The position numbers and the translations under genes were made by a program. The notes below the pieces were generated by a model that made no database searches, was not told where the DNA came from, and worked only from the letters and a program-made list of their open reading frames with translations. A stretch of DNA of 64,000 nt from Octopus bimaculoides (Eukaryota). Position 1 is the stretch's first letter. Every line of letters starts with the position of its first letter. Below are positions 63,692 through 64,000 of this stretch, piece by piece. The stretch lies in contig NC_068983.1 in the NCBI RefSeq assembly GCF_001194135.2, positions 38,997,454 through 39,061,453 of the forward strand, in the 5' to 3' direction.

Positions 63692-63971
63692 TAAAAAAAA
63701 ATAAAAAAAATTAAAAAAAAAAAAATAAAAAAGAAGAAGAAGAATCTTTAAAAGATTTTTTGCATATCGAAATAAGATATAAACAAGGGTGAGTTGAGCT
63801 TCTTTGATTAAACAATAGAGTCCCTTAATTAGGTAACGAAGCTGTTTTTATGCTTAAATTAAAAACAATTATTTATGATCTGTTACAAAGTAACAGTTCA
63901 TAAAACATCACAGCTGTTTTAGATTCTAAATTTAGTGGAGAATCGGTTACAAGAGAAAGGTTTTGGCTATA

Positions 63972-64000
63972 CAGTAATCCCTCGATTATCGCGGGTGTTA
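63972..64000. mobile_element. End of a second Tigger-like MITE, cut by the window edge
   Basis: TA|CAGTAATCCCTCGATTATCGCGGGTGTTA matches the reverse complement of the 57704 end. Confidence 0.7.

Overview
AT-rich, gap-ridden eukaryotic DNA, very probably octopus (inferred from its SINE families and from assembly gaps sitting on TA/CA microsatellites). No host protein-coding exon could be identified with confidence; the long ORFs in the track are microsatellite, minisatellite or N-gap artefacts. The window is a mosaic of mobile-element debris: at least four abundant SINE-like families, degenerate transposase or RT remnants (two mariner, Merlin/ISXO2-like, Buster-type hAT, RTE, CR1-group), and hAT, Tigger-like and piggyBac-like MITEs, several with intact TIRs and TSDs. 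There is also a 166-bp solo-LTR-like element. CpG content rises sharply at about 45.9 kb: repeats to the left are mostly CpG-decayed, those to the right mostly CpG-intact. The most interesting signal is a set of sequence-diverse type I hammerhead-ribozyme motifs with palindromic helix III (42.3, 49.8 and 54.3 kb, plus variants at 2.7, 10.2 and 45.9 kb) in short units beside microsatellites. One lies between 120-bp direct repeats spaced 334 bp apart, suggesting Penelope-like or retrozyme-like elements. Two long hairpins (10.8 and 38.9 kb) and an RFX X-box pair (53.7 kb) also merit follow-up. All folding and alignment was done by eye.
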